From IMG/VR virus record IMGVR_UViG_3300025280_000036, positions 1 through 60,023 of that record: a stretch of DNA of 60,023 nt. One strand, given 5' to 3'. The notes beneath the pieces were generated by a model. The model had not been told where the DNA came from. It ran no database searches and saw only the letters and a program-made list of their open reading frames with translations. The position numbers and the translations under genes are program-made. Shown here in pieces: positions 7,517-17,514 of the stretch (its first letter is position 1; every line of letters begins with the position of its first letter). This DNA is from a virus (Duplodnaviria; Caudoviricetes).

Positions 7517-8273
7517 ATCCCACTTTTACCTAAGAATGACGGTTTGCGCATAACCGTTATTATGTAAAGTGCCTAGCATTTATGCGGGTTTCAGCATAAT
7601 AAGGAAAAACCCACCCTGCTATTTTCTAGGTTTCGGGTCTAAGTTATTGATTCTTGGTCTCAGAATTTAAGGTCTAAAATCGGCGTTTCCCACTTTCAAC
7701 AAAAAATGACCCCTGCGCGCCGACCCCCCACCCCCCCCTTGAATAAATTGTAGGGGTGGAGAGTTATACGTATTATTCCACTCAAATAATCACCCGATAT
7801 TTTCAACATCAGTCAATAATGACCATAATTTCATAGTTTTACCAAGTTTTTACACTTTTACCATAATGTTGCATAGTTGTAATTCGCTGGCAGCCCTTTT
7901 ATTACAGGGAATTGCCTAGGAATCCTAGCGACAAAAATTTTTTTTAAAAAAAAAAATTGCTTTTTATCCCCCGGTGGATTATGTTAGCTATAATCCCATC
8001 GGAATGACGTAGCTATTAGTTACTGTTATAGCTATAGCTAATATTAGCTTCTTTTTTTTTTTATTTTATAGCTAGTAGCTTATAGCTGGTAAGTTACAGC
8101 AATTTAATTACAGTAATTAAATTACAGTAATTAAATTAAAGCTACGTCCATTTTCTGGCAGCAGGGTAAGGCATGTCGGTTACCCTAGATTGATGAGCAT
8201 TCGATCATAGGCCAATCTTATCCTGCTGCTTTTTTTGTTATGCTGGCGATCCAAATGTTTAGGTTCTGAACAG
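7517..8273. promoter_or_regulatory. AT-rich non-coding control region (late promoter, possible ori or pac site)
   Basis: About 750 nt without an ORF; TTGCTT-17-TATGTT at 7957-7985; TAGCTA cluster; three 14-bp repeats at 8094-8135. Confidence 0.6.
8158..8236 (+). terminator. Long terminator- or attenuator-like hairpin
   Basis: GCAGCAGGGTAAG pairs with CTTATCCTGCTGC, followed by T7. Confidence 0.55.
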
Positions 8274-8420
8274 ATGCCGGTACGCAAGGTCAAGGGCGGT
8301 TATCGCTGGGGCAACTCAGGTAAGGTCTACCCGACCAAAGCTCAGGCGGCCCGTCAGGGAAAGGCGGTTTATGCCTCCGGCTACAAAGGTCGTGGCAGGA
8401 GCAAGCGCAGCGGAAAATAA
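8274..8420 (+). CDS. Small basic phage protein
   Basis: MPVRKVKGGYRWGNSGKVY...; abuts the terL start. Confidence 0.75.
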   Translation: MPVRKVKGGYRWGNSGKVYPTKAQAARQGKAVYASGYKGRGRSKRSGK

Positions 8421-9926
8421 ATGCTCGAAAGAATCACCCCTGAGACACTTCGCCAGATTCGTAACCTGCCGTTTGAAGACAAGCGGAAGATGCTGGAACT
8501 GGTCGAGGAAGTGGCGGAGGCCAAGCAGACCTTCGCCGCCAGAGACAGCTTCATGGGATTCGTCAAGCACGCATGGCCTGCCTTTATCGAAGGCAGGCAT
8601 CATGCCATCATGGCAAAAGCCTTTGAACGGGTGATTCATGGCGATTTGAAGCGCCTGATCATCAACATGCCACCGCGGCATACCAAGTCGGAGTTTGCTT
8701 CCTACCTGCTGCCCGCATGGTTTTTGGGGCAGTTTCCTGACAAGAAGGTGATCCAGACCGCACACACGGCGGAATTGTCGGTGGGGTTCGGGCGCAAGGT
8801 CAGGAATCTGGTGAACTCCGAAGATTTCAAGCGGATTTTTCCGTCGCTCGGATTACGTGCCGATTCCAAGGCCGCAGGCCGCTGGAGCACCAGTCAAGGC
8901 GGCGAATACTTCGCTATTGGCGTGGGCGGTGCGGTGACCGGTAAAGGTGCCGACCTGCTGATCATCGATGATCCGCATTCCGAGCAGGAAGGCCAAAGCA
9001 TCGATCCCTCGGTGTTCGACAAAACCTACGAATGGTACACCTCCGGTCCCAGACAGCGGTTGCAGCCCGGTGGGGCCATCATCATCGTGATGACCCGCTG
9101 GCACAAACGTGACCTGACCGGCAAGATCATCAAGGCATCCACCCAGCGGGAAGGCGTGGACGAATGGGAGGTGATTGAATTCCCAGCCATCATGCCTTCG
9201 GGCAATGCGCTGTGGCCGGAGTTCTGGAGTCAGCAGGAATTGCTGGCATTGCAGAACGAATTGCCTGCGTCCAAGTGGTCGGCGCAATACCAGCAAGACC
9301 CGACCTCCGAGGAAGGCGCGCTGGTGAAGCGGGAATGGTGGAAACGCTGGCATCAGGACCGCACCCCGCATTGCGAGTTTATCATTCAGTCATGGGACAC
9401 CGCGTTTTTGAAAACCCGAAGGGCTGATTACTCGGCCTGCACCACTTGGGGCGTGTTTTATCAGCCTGACGATGAAGGCTCGACCCGACCGAACATCATC
9501 TTGCTGGACGCCTACAAGGAACGGCTGGAATTTCCCGAACTGAAAAAAAAGGCAATGGAGTTCTACACCTCAAGACAGCCCGATGCCTGCATCATTGAAG
9601 CGAAAGCAGCGGGTGCGCCGCTGGTGTTTGAGATGCGGGCGATGGGGGTGCCGGTGTCCGAGTTCACCCCGTCACGCGGCAACGATAAAGTGGCGCGGGT
9701 TAACGCGGTGGCTGACCTGTTTGCGTCCGGTGTGGTGTGGTGCCCGGAGACCCGGTTTGCCGAGATGGTGATCGAGGAATTTGCATCTTTTCCGGTCGGG
9801 GAGCATGATGATCTGGTGGATAGCAGTACGCAGGCATTGCTGCGGTTTCGCCAAGGCGGTTTTTTGCGACTGCACACCGACGAGGAAGACGAACCGATGC
9901 GCAAGCGCACCGCCGATTATTACTGA
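8421..9926 (+). CDS. terL: Terminase large subunit
   Basis: NMPPRHTKSE (Walker A), LLIIDDPH (Walker B), QSWDTA, HDDLVDS nuclease motif. Confidence 0.97.
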   Translation: MLERITPETLRQIRNLPFEDKRKMLELVEEVAEAKQTFAARDSFMGFVKHAWPAFIEGRHHAIMAKAFERVIHGDLKRLIINMPPRHTKSEFASYLLPAWFLGQFPDKKVIQTAHTAELSVGFGRKVRNLVNSEDFKRIFPSLGLRADSKAAGRWSTSQGGEYFAIGVGGAVTGKGADLLIIDDPHSEQEGQSIDPSVFDKTYEWYTSGPRQRLQPGGAIIIVMTRWHKRDLTGKIIKASTQREGVDEWEVIEFPAIMPSGNALWPEFWSQQELLALQNELPASKWSAQYQQDPTSEEGALVKREWWKRWHQDRTPHCEFIIQSWDTAFLKTRRADYSACTTWGVFYQPDDEGSTRPNIILLDAYKERLEFPELKKKAMEFYTSRQPDACIIEAKAAGAPLVFEMRAMGVPVSEFTPSRGNDKVARVNAVADLFASGVVWCPETRFAEMVIEEFASFPVGEHDDLVDSSTQALLRFRQGGFLRLHTDEEDEPMRKRTADYY

Positions 9927-10642
9927 TGACTTCTGTTAACACATGGCCTATTGAAAGGCTTCTCAGGCCGATCTTCAGGAAGAAGTCGCTGGTTGGCGAC
10001 GGCGTGTATTTCGATAAAAAAGATTTTCCTATCACCAAGGTTCTGGAGGATAACTACGCGGTTATCAAGGCGGAACTGGAACCGCTGATGCAACGAGTGG
10101 TTGATTTTACCCCGTTTCAGGACATCAGCCCCGACCAGACATACATCTCCAACGATGACAAGTGGAAGATTTTTTTCTTAAAGGCCGGGACGTTCAGGTT
10201 CAAAAAGAACTGCGCGCAAGTGCCAAAGACAATGGCGATTCTGGATCAGCACAGGAATGTTGTGTCAGCCTATTTTTCCGTGTTAGGGCCGCGTAAGATG
10301 CTGATGCCCCATGAAGGGCCGTGGTGCGGGATCATCAGGATTCATCTGGGAATGCAGATTCCACAGCAGGGAAAGGGATGTGTGCTGGTATGCGGCGAGC
10401 AGGAATACCGCTGGGAAGAAGGCAAGGCGGTGGTGTTTGATGACACTTACGAGCACATTGCGGTTAACATGACCGACAGCAACCGGGTGGTGTTGTTTTT
10501 AGATTACATGCGCCCGTTGCCGTGGCCGTGGAACTGGTTGAACTGGATGGTGCTTAAAGCCGGTAGATTTCTGCCGTACTTTCGCGCACCGATCAGGCGG
10601 CATAAGGTATGGGAACAGAAGTTTTACGCACAGGGAAAATGA
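9926..10642 (+). CDS. Aspartyl/asparaginyl beta-hydroxylase family (LpxO-like) 2OG-Fe(II) dioxygenase
   Basis: AYFSVLGP...PHEGP...RIHLG...WEEGKAVVFDDTYEH...RVVLFLD. Confidence 0.9.
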   Translation: MTSVNTWPIERLLRPIFRKKSLVGDGVYFDKKDFPITKVLEDNYAVIKAELEPLMQRVVDFTPFQDISPDQTYISNDDKWKIFFLKAGTFRFKKNCAQVPKTMAILDQHRNVVSAYFSVLGPRKMLMPHEGPWCGIIRIHLGMQIPQQGKGCVLVCGEQEYRWEEGKAVVFDDTYEHIAVNMTDSNRVVLFLDYMRPLPWPWNWLNWMVLKAGRFLPYFRAPIRRHKVWEQKFYAQGK

Positions 10643-10643
10643 A

Positions 10644-11018
10644 ATGGCATTACCAGCGTTAGGCATCGTAGCAAGACTGCTTTTATCAAAAGGCACAAGA
10701 GAGGCTGTTAAAAAATACGGCAGGGCCGCTGTTGATAAAGCTAAAAAGGAACTAGACAAACGAAATGTCGCAATAGATAAGAAAGCGGCTAAAGTGGCTA
10801 GAGCGGAAGGACGCACCCCATCGAGAATAAAAGAGCAAGCTGCTCGTCACGAAGCTGGAAAACAAAGAAGCAGGGAGGGTCTACGGACTCGATTAGATAG
10901 ACAACAAGCGGAAGGACCCTCCCGGACAATAGAATAAGTTCCTCTCAAATTTGCAAAAGGGGGCGGTATTGACGGTAAGGCCATTAAAGGTTTAACCAAA
11001 GGTTCAAGGAGAAGATAA
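10644..11018 (+). pseudogene. Basic virion-region protein interrupted by an in-frame TAA at 10935-10937
   Basis: Frame continues VPLKFAKGGGIDGKAIKGLTKGSRRR to a TAA overlapping the next ATG (TAATG). Confidence 0.65.
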
Positions 11019-11221
11019 TGCCAAGTTACTACGACAGCACCAAGAAAAAGCCCGGAAAGGCCAAGTTGAAATACGCCAAGGGCGGCAAGGTGAAGAAGAT
11101 GGCTCATGGTGGTATTGTTGAGCCGAAAACCGTGTCCGCTGGGTTTAAAAACGGCCATGACGAGACCTTTGCCCGAGGCAGTGGAGCGGCACGTCCGCAA
11201 ATATTTCGCAAGAACGGATAA
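11018..11221 (+). CDS. Small basic protein with AxGG motifs
   Basis: YAKGGKV, MAHGGIV, ARGSGAA; AGGAG RBS. Confidence 0.75.
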   Translation: MPSYYDSTKKKPGKAKLKYAKGGKVKKMAHGGIVEPKTVSAGFKNGHDETFARGSGAARPQIFRKNG

Positions 11222-13687
11222 ATGGCGATTGAACGCCCGTTAGGGCAAAACCCTTTCCTGCCGTCACAGCCAGAAGCCGATCTGGAAATCGAGATCGTCA
11301 ACCCTGAATCGGTGTCGATGGAAACCCCTGATGGCGGTGTGGTCATTGACTTTGACCCCAACGCGATGGATCAGGGTGGTACCGAACATGACGCCAATTT
11401 GGCTGAATACATCGACGAATCGGAACTGAACGATATTTCTTCGGAGTTGGTTTCCGCCTATAAGTCAGACCGTGACAGCCGGGGCGACTGGGAAGAGACT
11501 TACGTCAACGGGCTGGATCTGCTCGGCCTTAAACACGCTGACCGCACCACTCCTTGGGATGGGGCTTGCGGGGTGTTTCACCCATTGCTGACCGAATCGG
11601 TGATTCGTTTTCAGGCGCAGGCGATTCAGGAACTGTTCCCGGCAGCAGGTCCGGTCAAGACCGCCGTGGTCGGGGCTTTGACCGTCGAAAAACAGCAACA
11701 GGCGAATCGGGTCAAGGATTACCTCAATTACCTGATCACTGAGCGCATGACCGAATACCGTTCCGAGACCGAGAAGATGCTGTTTTCGCTGCCGCTGGCC
11801 GGTTCGGCCTTTCGCAAGGTTTACGAAGATCCGAATCTGGGGCGTCCGTGCTCGATGTTTGTGCCTGCCGAGGATTTCGTGGTCAGTTACGGCGCGGCAG
11901 ACCTGACCACCTGCGAACGCGCCACCCATGTGATGAAGCGCAGCAAGAACGAAGTGCGTAAATTGCAGGTGTCGGGGTTTTTTCTCGACGTGGACTTACC
12001 CGCCCCCAGTCCCGATACCGGTGAGATAGAACGCAAATACAATCAGTTGACCGGGGATTCAGCCAACTACGACATGGATTCGCGGCACACCATTTTAGAG
12101 ATTCAGGTTGATCTGGATTTGCCGGGGTTTGAAGACACCGAGGGTGGCGAGCCGACCGGTATCGGTTTGCCCTACGTCGTAAGCATTGACAAGTCCTCAC
12201 GCATTGTTTTGGCGATCCGGCGCAACTGGTACGAAGACGATCCGCTGAAAATAAAGCGTGAGCATTTCGTGCATTACCAGTATTTGCCGGGACTCGGCTT
12301 TTACGGCTTCGGTTTGATCCACATGATCGGTGGGTTGGCGAAATCCGCCACCTCGTTGCTGCGGCAACTGGTCGATGCGGGGACTTTATCCAACTTACCG
12401 GGCGGTCTGAAGGCACGGGGACTGCGAATCAAGGGCGATGACACCCCGATCATGCCCGGAGAGTTCCGTGACGTGGACGTTCCGGGCGGCGTGATCCGCG
12501 ACAACATCAGTTTTCTGCCCTACAAGGAGCCATCCGCTGTTTTATACCAGTTGATGGGCGATATTGTGGAGGAAGGGCGTCGGTTTGCCTCGGCGGCGGA
12601 CGTGAAAGTGGCGGACATGAACGCCGAAGCGCCGGTTGGCACCACGTTAGCAATTTTAGAGCGCACCATGAAGGTGATGAGCGCGGTGCAAGCCCGCTTA
12701 CACGCCTCGATGCGTAAGGAATTGCGTATATTGTCGGGGATCGTGCGTGATTTCGGCCCAACCGAGTACCCGTATGAGTTGATAGGCGGTGAATTGACCC
12801 TTGAAGACTTCGATGATCGCGTGGATATCATCCCGGTCAGCGATCCGAACGCCGGAACGCTGGCACAACGCATCATGCAGTACCAAGCGGCACTGCAATT
12901 GGCGGCCCAAGCGCCTGATATGTACGATTTACCCCTGTTGCACCGGCAAATGCTGGAAGTTTTGGGGATTCGGGACACCGATGACATCATTCCCGACGAA
13001 GACGTGATCAGTCCGAGCGATCCGGTCACAGAGAACATGCATATCATCAACGGTGAGCCGATTAAAGCCTTTATTTATCAGGATCACGAGGCTCATATCC
13101 AATCTCACATAGCAATCGTGCAAGACCCCAAGATTATGGAGCTACTTAGCAAAAGTCCGACCGCTGAAGCCACTCAAGCGGCAATGGCGGCGCATATTTC
13201 CGAGCATGTGGCCTTCCAGTACCGCCGTGAGATCGAAAAAGAGCTTGGTGTGCCGTTACCACCGCCTGATGAGCCGTTGCCAGAGGATATCGAGTACCGT
13301 TTGTCGCAATTGGTGGCTCCTGCGGCTGAACAACTGCTTGGTAAGGATCAGCAAGAGGCTGAAATGCAGAAACAGCAGGAACAAGCCGAAGACCCCATCT
13401 TGCAAATGCAACGCCAAGAGCTTGAGATCAAGCAACAGCAGGCACAGGCCAAGGCGCAGGCCGAAATGGCAAAGATTAACCTCGACATGCAAAAAGCCGT
13501 CAGCAAGGATCAGTTGGAACGTGATCGGTTGGACTTACAAGAGCGTACTGATCGTGCTAAGTTGGGGGCCAAGATTGCCGCGGAGAACTCCAAGGAAGAA
13601 TTGGAAAGCCGTAAGATTGCTTCCAAGTCTGAAATTGAGGGAGCTAAAATTGGTGTCGGTATTGCCAAGGACTTGATGGGTGAGTAG
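11222..13687 (+). CDS. Portal protein
   Basis: 821 aa after terL; PWDGACGVFHPLL, LPLAGSAFRKVY, GLGFYGFGLIH; C-terminal coiled coil. Confidence 0.9.
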   Translation: MAIERPLGQNPFLPSQPEADLEIEIVNPESVSMETPDGGVVIDFDPNAMDQGGTEHDANLAEYIDESELNDISSELVSAYKSDRDSRGDWEETYVNGLDLLGLKHADRTTPWDGACGVFHPLLTESVIRFQAQAIQELFPAAGPVKTAVVGALTVEKQQQANRVKDYLNYLITERMTEYRSETEKMLFSLPLAGSAFRKVYEDPNLGRPCSMFVPAEDFVVSYGAADLTTCERATHVMKRSKNEVRKLQVSGFFLDVDLPAPSPDTGEIERKYNQLTGDSANYDMDSRHTILEIQVDLDLPGFEDTEGGEPTGIGLPYVVSIDKSSRIVLAIRRNWYEDDPLKIKREHFVHYQYLPGLGFYGFGLIHMIGGLAKSATSLLRQLVDAGTLSNLPGGLKARGLRIKGDDTPIMPGEFRDVDVPGGVIRDNISFLPYKEPSAVLYQLMGDIVEEGRRFASAADVKVADMNAEAPVGTTLAILERTMKVMSAVQARLHASMRKELRILSGIVRDFGPTEYPYELIGGELTLEDFDDRVDIIPVSDPNAGTLAQRIMQYQAALQLAAQAPDMYDLPLLHRQMLEVLGIRDTDDIIPDEDVISPSDPVTENMHIINGEPIKAFIYQDHEAHIQSHIAIVQDPKIMELLSKSPTAEATQAAMAAHISEHVAFQYRREIEKELGVPLPPPDEPLPEDIEYRLSQLVAPAAEQLLGKDQQEAEMQKQQEQAEDPILQMQRQELEIKQQQAQAKAQAEMAKINLDMQKAVSKDQLERDRLDLQERTDRAKLGAKIAAENSKEELESRKIASKSEIEGAKIGVGIAKDLMGE

Positions 13688-13898
13688 TGTAGTTGAACAT
13701 TTTGATGCCGTTCCAGATAATACTCTGGTATATTTGCGGCAACAGTTTCGTCGGATAATGAATGAGACCAGCGATCACCTGAGTGCAGGTGCTTGCAAAG
13801 ATTTTGCAGAATATGCTCGTTGTTGCGGGGTCGTTGAGGGATTGGCTCTCGCGGAACGGGAATTGCTTGATTTACAGGAGCGATTAGAGAAAGCATGA
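13680..13898 (+). CDS. Conserved small phage protein
   Basis: Typical ORF after the portal (KDFAEYARCCGVVEGL). Confidence 0.7.
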   Translation: MSSVVEHFDAVPDNTLVYLRQQFRRIMNETSDHLSAGACKDFAEYARCCGVVEGLALAERELLDLQERLEKA

Positions 13899-13958
13899 TT
13901 CTCCGCATAGGCGGTGCAGGCGACTCTGGACGCCTTTTTCCAGTGCAAGGTCTTTTTG

Positions 13959-14357
13959 ATGACTAGTTCATTAGCGACAGTAAAAACCGAGCCGGTGGAT
14001 ATTGATGAAGCCAGTGCTCGTAAAGCCACTCAGATGCCGAAGCCGAAAGGCTACAAGATACTGATTGCCTTACCCGAACCGGATGAGAAAACCGATGGCG
14101 GTATCATCAAAGCAAAGCAAACGATTCATACCGAAGAGGTGGGATCGATTGTGGGCTTTGTTATCGACATGGGGCCGGATGCTTACAAAAATCCCGAGCG
14201 TTTTCCGTCAGGGCCGTTTTGTGAGAAGGGTGACTGGATCGTGATGCGCGCTTATTCGGGCACACGGTTCATGGTTCATGGCAAGGAGTTTCGGCTGATT
14301 AACGATGATAGCGTGGAAGCTGTGGTTGAAGACCCGCGAGGTATCGTAAAGGTATGA
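13959..14357 (+). CDS. groES: Co-chaperonin GroES-like protein
   Basis: PKGYKILI...EKTDGGII...GPDAY...GDWIV...YSGTRF...RLINDDSVEAVV. Confidence 0.9.
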   Translation: MTSSLATVKTEPVDIDEASARKATQMPKPKGYKILIALPEPDEKTDGGIIKAKQTIHTEEVGSIVGFVIDMGPDAYKNPERFPSGPFCEKGDWIVMRAYSGTRFMVHGKEFRLINDDSVEAVVEDPRGIVKV

Positions 14358-15433
14358 GCGAAGCAGAAAATGTCGTTGAGAGCGGCACCCCAGAGGTACA
14401 ATCCGCAGAAGATAAATTTTTCGGAGTACGTACCAAGATAGTTCAGCGATCTCAGGATCAGGATGAGGAGAAATCCGAGCTTGATATTGAAATTGTGGAT
14501 GATAGGCCACCTGAAGATCGGCCACCTTACGGTGCCAAAGAGTCCGCCAAGGATGATGATGGCACCGATATTGACGAGAAGGAACTGGAAGGCTACAGCA
14601 AGAAGGTTCAAAAGCGCATCGATCAGTTGCGTTTTGCGCAGCACGAGGAGCGTCGGCAAAAGGAAGAAGCCGAGCGGATGCGTGAAGAGGCGGTTAAAGT
14701 CGCGCAACAACTGGCCGGTAAGAACCGGGAATACGAGGCTCTTATTCAGCGCGGTGAGGGTGCGTTAATCACGCAGGTTAAAGAACGCGCCCAGTTGGCA
14801 TTGGATAACGCCAAGTCAAGTTATCGTAAGGCTTATGAAGAAGGCAATACCGATAACGTGGTTGATGCGCAGGGGAGCATGGTTCAGGCGCAAACTGAAT
14901 TGAATGAAGTTGCGCAATACGAACGAAGTTTACCTGACCAGAGCCAGCTTGCGCAGCAACAAGCTGCTTATCAGCAGCAGCAGCAACAAGCTGCTTATCA
15001 GCAGCAGCAGCAAGCTGCCCAACAGGCTCCGCAGCTTGATGCAAAGCAAACCACTTGGGCTGAAGAAAATCCTTGGTTCGGCGATCCTAAAGAAAAATTG
15101 ATGAGCGCAACGGCTTATGGTTTACATGAGCAGGCATTGCAGGATCATCACATGGACGCAAGCTCAGATGAGTATTATGATTACATTAACACGGGAATGC
15201 GGAAACAATTTCCCAATTACTCTTGGTCGGATGAAAGCGGAACTGGACAACCCGCGACCGCGACGGGCAAGAGAGCTTCGGCAACGTCGGTTGTTGCGCC
15301 GTCCGCAAGGAATAACGGTGCAAGGCCACGCAAAGTGCGGCTATCGTCCTCTCAGGTCTCCCTCGCCAAGAGACTGGGGTTAACAAATGACCAGTACGCC
15401 AGAGAATTTGCTAAGGAGATGGCTAATGGATGA
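14354..15433 (+). CDS. Probable capsid scaffolding protein
   Basis: Acidic coiled coil with a Q-rich tandem repeat; lies before the capsid genes. Confidence 0.65.
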   Translation: MSEAENVVESGTPEVQSAEDKFFGVRTKIVQRSQDQDEEKSELDIEIVDDRPPEDRPPYGAKESAKDDDGTDIDEKELEGYSKKVQKRIDQLRFAQHEERRQKEEAERMREEAVKVAQQLAGKNREYEALIQRGEGALITQVKERAQLALDNAKSSYRKAYEEGNTDNVVDAQGSMVQAQTELNEVAQYERSLPDQSQLAQQQAAYQQQQQQAAYQQQQQAAQQAPQLDAKQTTWAEENPWFGDPKEKLMSATAYGLHEQALQDHHMDASSDEYYDYINTGMRKQFPNYSWSDESGTGQPATATGKRASATSVVAPSARNNGARPRKVRLSSSQVSLAKRLGLTNDQYAREFAKEMANG

Positions 15434-15875
15434 GCGCACCGATAGGTCTCACGACACTCGTGAAGATTTTGTCCGAGAGGATGACTCTTGGGTTCCTTCT
15501 TCTGTGTTACCGACTCCCGACCCGCAGGACGGTTGGATATTCAGATGGATCAGGACTAGCGTTCTGGGTCAGGCTGATAACACCAACGTGTCCAAGAAAT
15601 TCAGGGAAGGCTGGATACCCGTGAAAGCGGACGATCATCCTGAACTGAAAATCATGCCTGACATCAACTCCCAGTTTAATGGGAATCTTGAGGTCGGCGG
15701 GTTACTTCTGTGTAAAGCGCCAGCAGAGAAAATGCGGGCGCGCACAAAGCATTTTGAGGAAGTTGCACGAAGGCAAATGGAATCCGTGGACAGTAATTAC
15801 ATGCGAGAAAACGATCCGCGTATGCCGTTGTTGAGACCAGAAAAAAGTACGCGCACTACCTTTGGAAAAGGCTAA
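15426..15875 (+). CDS. Conserved head-module protein
   Basis: WIFRWIR...REGWIPV...VGGLLLCK. Confidence 0.7.
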   Translation: MDERTDRSHDTREDFVREDDSWVPSSVLPTPDPQDGWIFRWIRTSVLGQADNTNVSKKFREGWIPVKADDHPELKIMPDINSQFNGNLEVGGLLLCKAPAEKMRARTKHFEEVARRQMESVDSNYMRENDPRMPLLRPEKSTRTTFGKG

Positions 15876-15916
15876 CGCCTTTTAATATTAACAGTAGCAA
15901 TTAGGAGAAATTCAAA

Positions 15917-16495
15917 ATGGCTACAAGTGCAACTCCAAATGGTGCGGAACCTGTTGGTACTTGTTCGAGCAGCGGCTCCTTTACAGGAAAAGTTGTTCAT
16001 ATCAAGATTGCCAGTGCGTATGGCACCGCAATATTCTATGGAGATTTTGTGAAGCTGGTCACAGCCGGTACGATTGAGAAAGATACCGGGACCGCTGCGC
16101 TGACCTCTATAGGAATTTTCTTAGGTTGTAAATACACCGATTCGAGTACATCTCAGATGACGTTCAATCAGACTTGGCCTGCGTCAATGGCGGCTTCAGA
16201 CGCAGCAGGTTATGTATTGATTGACCCCGACGTTCTGTTCAAAATGCAGAGCGATGAGGCTATTGCTCAGACTGGTTTGGGCGCTAATTTCTCCGTCATT
16301 CAGACGGCGGGATCAACGACCATTGGCAGGAGCAAGAACGCTGTCGATGGCTCGACGGTTGCAACCACCAACACCTTCCCGATTCGGCTCGTTGACTTTG
16401 TTGACGGTCCTAACAGTTCGGTGGGTGACACCTACACTGATGGCATTTACCGCTTCAATGCGGGGCATCAGTTAACCAATACCACAGGCATATAA
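15917..16495 (+). CDS. Capsid decoration or minor capsid protein
   Basis: AIFYGDFV...GIFLGC; immediately before the major capsid gene; AGGAG RBS. Confidence 0.65.
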   Translation: MATSATPNGAEPVGTCSSSGSFTGKVVHIKIASAYGTAIFYGDFVKLVTAGTIEKDTGTAALTSIGIFLGCKYTDSSTSQMTFNQTWPASMAASDAAGYVLIDPDVLFKMQSDEAIAQTGLGANFSVIQTAGSTTIGRSKNAVDGSTVATTNTFPIRLVDFVDGPNSSVGDTYTDGIYRFNAGHQLTNTTGI

Positions 16496-16507
16496 GGAGA
16501 ATTTAGC

Positions 16508-17443
16508 ATGGCTATTTCAAGAGCACAGATGCTTAAAGAACTCCTGCCGGGGCTTAACGCCCTGTTCGGTCTGGAGTATGAAAAGTACGCTGACGAGCAC
16601 ACCGTTATTTATGATACGGAGTCCTCTGATCGTTCTTTCGAGGAAGAGGTGAAGTTGAGTGGGTTTGACGCTGCTCCGGTGAAGGACGAAGGGGCTGGGA
16701 TCACTTACGATTCAGCGCAGGAAGCCTTCACGGCACGGTATAACCACGAAACGATTGCGATGGGATTTGCGATCACCGAGGAAGCTATGGAGGACAACCT
16801 CTATGACAGCCTCAGTGCCCGTTACACCAAGGCACTCGCTCGGGCTATGTCGTACACGAAGCAGGTTAAAGCCGTTAATCCGCTTAACAACGGTTTCACC
16901 AACAGTTATCAGACGGGGGATGGAGTTAACTTCTTCACCGCGTCGGGTGACGGTGTAACCGGTGGCGGCGGGCACCCGCTCGTCAGCGGAGGCACGAACG
17001 ATAACCGTCCGGCAACGGCGGCTGATTTGAATGAAACCTCGTTGGAGGCAGGCATCGTCACGATTGCTGCTGTCACCGACGAGCGTGGACTTCTTATCGC
17101 AGCCCGTCCGAAACGGTTGTTGGTGCCACCGGCCTTGATGTTTACAGCTACGCGACTGCTTGAGTCAGATCAAAGAGTAGCGACGGCTGATAACGACATC
17201 AATGCGGTACGGAGTCTTGGGGCAGTACCTGAAGGGTATTCGGTCAATCATTATCTGACTGACTCGGATGCTTGGTTCATCGTTACCGATGTACCGAATG
17301 GTATGAAGCACTTTGAGCGTACCTCGCTGGAAACCTCGATGGACGGTGATTTCGATACGGGCAACGTGCGCTACAAGGCGCGTGAGCGTTATTCGTTCGG
17401 CGTTTCCGATCCACTGGGGATGTATGGATCACCGGGTGCATAA
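16508..17443 (+). CDS. Major capsid protein
   Basis: MAISRAQMLKELLPGLNALFGLEY...DFDTGNVRYKARERYSFG; strong RBS. Confidence 0.92.
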   Translation: MAISRAQMLKELLPGLNALFGLEYEKYADEHTVIYDTESSDRSFEEEVKLSGFDAAPVKDEGAGITYDSAQEAFTARYNHETIAMGFAITEEAMEDNLYDSLSARYTKALARAMSYTKQVKAVNPLNNGFTNSYQTGDGVNFFTASGDGVTGGGGHPLVSGGTNDNRPATAADLNETSLEAGIVTIAAVTDERGLLIAARPKRLLVPPALMFTATRLLESDQRVATADNDINAVRSLGAVPEGYSVNHYLTDSDAWFIVTDVPNGMKHFERTSLETSMDGDFDTGNVRYKARERYSFGVSDPLGMYGSPGA

Positions 17444-17459
17444 CTGACTCGGTATATGG

Positions 17460-17514
17460 GAGAGCGATGCTTACTTGACAGATGATATAGCTTGTAAGTA
17501 ATCGCTCTCTTTTT
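17460..17514 (+). terminator. Hairpin after the major capsid gene
   Basis: GAGAGCGAT...ATCGCTCTC followed by a T-run. Confidence 0.55.

Noticed and set aside
10935-10937. Genome-wide stop-codon reassignment
   Set aside because: Single case; TAA, TAG and TGA all terminate well-defined genes elsewhere
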